Shown here: in pieces, positions 37,848 through 43,952 of the stretch
Layout: every line of letters starts with the position of its first letter
Position numbering within the stretch: position 1 is the first letter of the stretch
Source of the DNA: Octopus bimaculoides
Taxonomy: Eukaryota
Direction: 5' to 3'
Length of the DNA: 43,952 nt
NCBI RefSeq assembly: GCF_001194135.2
Contig: NC_068991.1
Span: 25,028,556 to 25,072,507, forward strand
Made by a program: the position numbers and the translations under genes
The notes under the pieces: model-generated
What the model saw: only the letters and a program-made list of their open reading frames with translations
What the model was told of the DNA's origin: nothing
The model's database searches: none

Positions 37848-38415
37848 CAAAGTCTGATCAAGAAGTATCAAGACTGGTGCTATAAAAAGAAAACTATAAC
37901 AGATATCAATTCAGCAGTATTTAATCTCCTTTGAAGTAGTCCCCCTCTGAAGCTGCACACTTTACCAAGTATCATTTCCATTGATGGAAGCTTTTCTGGA
38001 AATCCGTTTTTGGGGATAGTGAGCAGCTGCCTCGTTGCATTCTCTTGGATTTCTTCAGTGTCTTAAAATCTTGTTGGGGATCTTCCACTGCAAAGACTGA
38101 GCCTTGGTTTTGGAGTCATAGCCATAAACCCATGATTTATTACCTGTTATGACTGTTTTCAGAAAGTTTTTGTCTTCCTCTGCATAATCAAGGAGATCTT
38201 GCACAGCTGAAACCCAATCTTCTTTTTGAGCTGACCACACTCTATACACTTTGTTTTGAAACACTGCTACAGCAAAGGAAGTAACTGAAAATGTTTTATA
38301 GCTTAATGTACATGCGCAAGAGAGTTTAAGGTCAGTCTGTGCCAAGCAGTTTCTTTCTGCATTCCTTAGCTCTGTTTCCATAGAAGTAAACCCAATACTT
38401 TTTGATCAGACCTTG
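37848..38415 (-). mobile_element. Internally deleted mariner, both TIRs, TA-flanked
   Basis: TA-caaagtctgatcaagaagtat ... atactttttgatcagaccttg-TA; minus translation VITGNKSWVYGYDSKTKAQSLQWK and C-terminal KCAASEGDYFEGD. Confidence 0.88.
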
Positions 38416-38464
38416 TATAAACAATAGCATCTCATCTATTATCTTTTCTGTTATCTCATTGCAG

Positions 38465-38533
38465 GGAAATCGGAATATCTTACAGAACTCAGCAGCAGGG
38501 TCTTCGATGAAAGGTGACTTGCGATATTTCTAA
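38465..38533 (+). CDS. EPS8: Probable terminal coding exon of the EPS8-family gene: GNRNILQNSAAGSSMKGDLRYF*
   Basis: Strong acceptor (atcttttctgttatctcattgcag); phase 0 matches the 9760 donor. KGDLRYF* resembles the GEFRYF* terminus I recall for invertebrate Eps8/arouser short isoforms (unverified). A phase-1 entry would instead read GKSEYLTELSSRVFDER*. Confidence 0.55.
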   Translation, partial: GNRNILQNSAAGSSMKGDLRYF

Positions 38534-39265
38534 AACAAAAAAAAAAAAAAGACCAACTCCCTGCCATAAAAACCTGTTTTAATCTACCATTTCTCAAGGC
38601 TTTTGAGCTATCCAGGTTTTTCTTCTTCCCTGCACTTTCCTGTATCTTATTTTCCTTGTATTCTATTTCTTGTATTTTATTTTATTTTATTTCTCCTAAA
38701 TCTTATTCTTTTCTTCTTCCAAATTCTTTCCTATCCTTTTTCTTTTTACTTTTCTTTTTCTAAATTCTTCCACATTCCCCTTCCTCTTCTTTCCTTCCTT
38801 CAAATCACATCAGCTGCAGAAACATTCATTATGGAATTAAAAAAACCCCAAAAAACCCAGAAACCTTTGTACATTACAAATGCCAACATCCCAACCCTTG
38901 GTCCCTTAATTGACCATAAAACAGAAGACAATAATCATTTTAGTAAAACCTTCACAATTAAAACAAAGTTACACATTTCTTGTTCTAACAGAGCCCCATC
39001 TCTAACTCACCACTCAAAAAAAAAAAAAAAAAAAAAANNNNNNNNNNNNNNNNNNNNNNNNTATGTTGTTTTATAGTGCCTTCTACAATGATATACCTTC
39101 TCTTTCTTAGTTTGATGTATATCATTATGGCTATCTATAAATACATACATACATACATACATACATACATACATACAAACATACATACACTTACATGCAT
39201 ATACACACATCTGTATACCCATGTGTATGTGTGTGTAATATATATGTAATGTTTGTATGTATATA

Positions 39266-39307
<42 letters not shown>

Positions 39308-39590
39308 NNNNNNNNNNNNNNNNNNNNNNNNNNNNNNNNNNNNNNNNNNNNNNNNNNNNNNNNNNNNNNNNNNNNNNNNNNNNNNNNNNNNNNNNNNNNN
39401 NNNNNNNNNNNNNNNNNNNNNNNNNNNNNNNNNNNNNNNNNNNNNNNNNNNNNNNNNNNNNNNNNNNNNNNNNNNNNNNNNNNNNNNNNNNNNNNNNNNN
39501 NNNNNNNNNNNNNNNNNNNNNNNNNNNNNNNNNNNNNNNNNNNNNNNNNNNNNNNNNNNNNNNNNNNNNNNNNNNNNNNNNNNNNNNNNN

Positions 39591-39636
<46 letters not shown>

Positions 39637-40080
39637 TGTGTGTGTATGTAAATAATTTAATTGAATTCAATGTTTTTTTTCAAAATTGGAAGAAAAGATA
39701 AAAATAAACACCAAAATTATGCATATATACAATATAAATATATCATACTATAAGCTAAATTAAAAATTTAATTTTATAATATAATACATAAGATTTATCA
39801 TAATATGAGGTTATGGTTTATCAGACTTTAAGATATAATATACAATAAGAAACATTATGTGATGCACATAAGGTATTTGATAATATGTATTATACTATAA
39901 GGAATATCATAATATAGATAAATGAAACTTTAGGCATATCAAACTATAAGATATATCATATTACAACATAAATCATAATACAATATATATTCTCTTATAA
40001 GAAATATGTATTTGCTATTTGTATGATTCTGTTAGGATTAAATATACAAACAAAAATAATATAATTAAATTACAAGATAT

Positions 40081-40146
40081 AATAAATATATAAAACAATA
40101 AAACACTTGAAATAAATATATAAAACAATAAAACACTTGAAATAAA
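40081..40146. repeat. Perfect 30-bp tandem duplication
   Basis: aataaatatataaaacaataaaacacttga x2 plus aataaa. Confidence 0.9.
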
Positions 40147-40349
40147 GTATTTTATAAATAATAACAAGCATTTCAATTGATATAATTACTAAATGATAAC
40201 TTATCACAAGAGTATAACAGTCTGGGTGACTATTAATATCAACCTGACCAGTCTGCTAAGATTAACAAAGGTCATAAAGCTGTCAAAACAAAGCTGTTCT
40301 CATCACTAAAACACAAATTTCTGTGTGCTACTACTTATCTTGTTGCTTG

Positions 40350-41975
40350 CTCCCATCTTATGAACACCTTATCAACAACATGCAGTGCATTGGGTNNNNN
40401 NNNNNATCATAATATACCAACCTGCACCGGGTAAAGCCTTTTCTGAGCCACATATACAAGGTCTGATCAATAAGTATCCGGACTGTTGCCATAATAATGA
40501 AGCTAAAGCATGCAGAGTAAAGCCACTTGACACAAGGTTGCAGAAAGTGTATGGAGAAGAGTGTGTAAGCTAAAAACAAGTGTACGAGTGGTTCAGATAT
40601 TTCCAAGATGGTGAAAAAATGTCGATAGTGGCAAACACTCTGGGAGACCCACAACCAGCCGAACTGAAAAAGCATTGCAGATGTGCATGCAGCTGTGAGG
40701 GTAAATTGTTGAATCACCATCTGTGAGTAATCAGATTTATCAGAGGATGTATAGATGAGTTACAGTTCAGTTCTATCCCTTATCACTGAAGATTTGGATA
40801 TGAGATGCATGTCTACCAAGTTTGTACCAAAACTGTTTCCAGCTGACAAAAAGACACTCAAGTTTCAGTTGCAAAATTCTCCTTGATTGTGTTGAGAATG
40901 ATGAAAACTTTTTAAAAGCTTTGTGTAGGCCTCTGAGCAAGTATCGCCAAGGTTTTGTTAAAATTTGATGCAGATTCTCTGCTCAACTTTCTCTTTCATG
41001 GTCAATGTGATGATCACACACTACACACATTCCTTGCTTTAGCTTCGTTACTATGGCAACAGACTGGATACTTATTGACCAGACCATGTATGTGTGTATG
41101 GTGAGAAATTGCAGGTTGTGGATACATTTGTGTATTTAGGTGGTACTGTTGCCATAAATATTCCTGATGATGAAATCTCCCACCAAATCAAGAAAGCCAG
41201 TGATGCATTTGGAAAATTAGCCAAACATCTATAGTCTCAGTATGGAATTTCACTTGAAACAACGTTGAAGTTTACAGTACTTGTTTTGTCTTTGTTGCTA
41301 TATGCATATAAGACCTTAATTACTTACCAGAGACATATGGAAAGGCTGGAGCAATTTCACCAACAGTGTCTCTGTCATATACTGGATATTTGATGGCAGA
41401 TGTATGTATGTGATTCTGAAGTTTCCAAATGCAGTTAGTCTACCAGTATATAGTCTCTATACTTCAACACTGATTATGATGGAGTGGTCATGTGGTCAAG
41501 ATGGAAAATGATTGGATCCCTAAGCTATTTCTGTATGGTGAGTTAGCTCAGACTAAAAAAACCAATGCACAAACTGAAATTATAATATAAGGAATGCATG
41601 AAGAATACACTGGAGAATGTTAAAAAATCTTGGAAAATGAATGAAAAAATCTTGCTCTAGATCATTCATTGTAGAGAAAAGCAGTGTGTGATGAGAGGAG
41701 GAAATTCAAATAAAATTGTGTTGAATATGAACAGATCAAGGGAGATGTTCATAGGCATCTTGATGGGAATTTGCCCAAGTATGTTGGTGCACAGTCCAGT
41801 GTAGCATGTAACAAGTGTGGGCATATCTGTTTAAGTAAAGCAGGCCTTAGAAGTCCTCAGTGAACCTACACAGGAAGGTTGTTAACTATGCATTATACAT
41901 CTCTACCTGTAAATATTATGGAAAAGAATGTACATCAAGAGGCAGACTTAAACATTATATGAAGTTCCACCCCAA
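40350..41975 (+). mobile_element. RTE-clade LINE 3' half, decayed, interrupted by the mariner; two C-terminal C2H2-like fingers
   Basis: IYQPAPGKAFSEPHICVYGEKLQVVDTFVYLG...KASDAFGKL...LEQFHQQCLCHIL...WSGHVVKMENDWIPKLFLYGEL, all typical RTE/BovB-type motifs. Confidence 0.85.
40457..41088 (+). mobile_element. Rearranged non-autonomous mariner inserted at TA inside an RTE LINE
   Basis: About 55-bp TIRs at both ends and TA duplication (40455-56 / 41089-90). Removing it restores the RTE frame SEPHI-CVYGEKLQVVD. Confidence 0.92.
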
Positions 41976-42231
41976 AAGTATTGTAACACCTACTGCAGGA
42001 GGTGTCCATCATGCCATGTCTGTGCAAAGTAGTGTAAGTCCCTAGCAGGACTGAAGACCCACATCTGTGTAGATTACGCTTGAGAGAACAATTGAACAAT
42101 GGCATTGCTTGAAATTGAGTTGCAGCTGTCATGTATGTAAAAGTGTGCTATTCCAGAAGTATAATAGTTAGTGAGGATATGAGGTGGTGGTATATGTGTA
42201 CCTTGTTAAATATGCATTAAGAAAGCATGGT

Positions 42232-42610
42232 GCAGGCGTGGCTGTATGGTAAGAAGCTTGCTTCCCAACCACATGGTTCTGGGTTCAGTCTCACTTACGT
42301 GGCATCTTGGCAAGTGTCTTCTACTATAGCCTCAGGCTGACCGAAGTCTTGTGAGTGGAAACTGAAAGAAGCCCATCATATATATATGTGTGTGTGTGTC
42401 TTTGTGTCTATGTTTCTACCCCCATCACCACTTGACAACTGGTGTTCATGTATTTACGTCCTCATAACTTAGCAGTTCACCAAAAAGAAGGCTGATAGGT
42501 TGAGTACCAGGCTTAAGAATTAAGTCCTCAGACTGATTTGTTTGACTAAAATCCTTCAAGATGGTGGTCCAGCATGGCCTCAGTCAAATGACTGAAACAA
42601 GTAAAAAGGA
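42232..42610 (+). mobile_element. tRNA-SINE family B (near full length)
   Basis: ggcgtggctgtatggtaagaagcttgcttcccaaccacatgg...gcaagtgtcttctactatagcc. Partial copies at about 3330-3495, 7625-7730, 11757-11880, 14200-14352, 15215-15312, 18120-18225(-), 19440-19562 and 31380-31460(-). Confidence 0.8.
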
Positions 42611-43043
42611 AAAGAGAATAAAGCATGAATATGAGAAGGTCGCAGTGGGTATGAGTGTCAGGCAGACATATTTGTTTTATGAGAAACCTGATAAAGTTGA
42701 TACTTGTTTTTTTTGAAATTGTTCTAATGGTGTTGTCTTGTATCAAAGAGCAAGAAACGGAGAGACATTGAGTGCTTTTTGAAGTTGCTAGACAAATGCT
42801 AATGAAGTTGTAAGTTGACAAACAACGTGTAGCTCAAGCTCTCATCTTGTTTCAAGATACCTAGTTAATACTTATACACATTCATGTATATACACATGTA
42901 TGTATATACACATGTATGTATATACACATACATGTGTGTTTGTATGTATATGCTCTCAAATGCACATATACTCCCATATATATATTCATTTTCTATATAC
43001 ATATAAATTTGTAAATATGTGTTTGTGTATGTGTCTGTGCATG

Positions 43044-43075
<32 letters not shown>

Positions 43076-43209
43076 NNNNNNNNNNNNNNNNNNNNNNNNN
43101 NNNNNNNNNNNNNNNNNNNNNNNNNNNNNNNNNNNNNNNNNNNNNNNNNNNNNNNNNNNNNNNNNNNNNNNNNNNNNNNNNNNNTGTGTGTGTGTGTGTG
43201 TGTGTGTGT

Positions 43210-43525
43210 GTGGAGGCGCAATGGCCCAGTAGTTAGGGCAGCGGACTCACGGTCATAGGATTGCGGTTTCGATTCCCAGACCGCGCGTTGTGAGTGTTTA
43301 TTGAGCGAAAACACCTAAAAGCTCCACAAGGCTCCGGCAGGGGATGGTAGCGAACCCTGCTGTACTCTTCCATCACAACTTTCACTCTTACTTCCTGTTT
43401 CTGTTGTGCCTGTAATTCAAAGGGTCAGTCTTGTCACACTGTGTCATGCTGAATATCCCTGAGAACTACGTTAAGGGTACACGTGTGTGTGGAGTGCTCA
43501 GCTACTTGCACGTTAATTTCACGAG
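43210..43525 (+). mobile_element. tRNA-SINE family C, 3'-truncated copy
   Basis: High similarity to 34699-35010. Confidence 0.88.
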
Positions 43526-43552
43526 ATATATATATATCTTGTGGCTTAGTAG

Positions 43553-43850
43553 TGCATGGCTTAGTGGTTAGGGTGTTGCACTCACAATTGCTAGATCATG
43601 ATTTCAATTCTTAGACTGGTTGTTGTGTTGTGTTGTGTTCTTGAGCAAAACACTTCATCTACATTGCTCTGCAATCACTCTGACACCTGATGCATGGTAC
43701 ACTGTGCACTTGTTCAGACCATATTGATTTGATGGACAGAGTGAGCTAATGTCCAGCATGAACATTTGATCATTATAAACAGATCAATTGTGCAGGTTGT
43801 TTGGCAAAAAGCTGAACGCTCATTCGTCATCTTCAATGGGGGAGTCCATC
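43553..43850 (+). mobile_element. tRNA-SINE, family A-related subfamily
   Basis: gcatggcttagtggttag head and gtgttcttgagcaaaacactt domain, with a different 3' body. Confidence 0.65.
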
Positions 43851-43952
43851 ATATTGTATTGTAAGAAATATCTTTCTTTATTCAACCTTTAGGTTAAATA
43901 ACTAATTCCTCACATCAAACTTTAAGGAAAAATTTAAGAACGGATAACGCAA

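Noticed and set aside
38603-39076. 157-aa F/L-rich ORF
   Set aside because: Translation of a pyrimidine tract, probably 3' UTR or intergenic low-complexity sequence.

Overview
AT-rich, microsatellite- and gap-rich animal genomic DNA, not prokaryotic. The repeat landscape (tRNA-derived SINEs, RTE tails, (AT)n/(AC)n next to N gaps) suggests an octopus/cephalopod draft assembly; this is inference. Almost all ORFs in the supplied track are spurious. Reading splice sites by hand gives the 3' part of a + strand EPS8/arouser-family gene. Five phase-compatible GT-AG exons (278-404, 1501-1544, 3163-3273, 5589-5664, 9647-9760) encode the EPS8 PPYxPRFxxGW motif and a complete EPS8-type SH3 domain. A probable last exon at 38465-38533 ends ...MKGDLRYF*. 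The introns hold decayed LINEs (RTE, CR1/L2-like, Penelope-like), three mariner deletion derivatives, MITEs and several SINE families. The most notable non-coding signal is a tRNA-headed SINE carrying a Penelope-type minimal hammerhead ribozyme plus an inverted copy of its tail (33447-33819). A second, degenerate hammerhead lies at about 2204-2280. Repeat boundaries are approximate unless a TSD or TIR is quoted.
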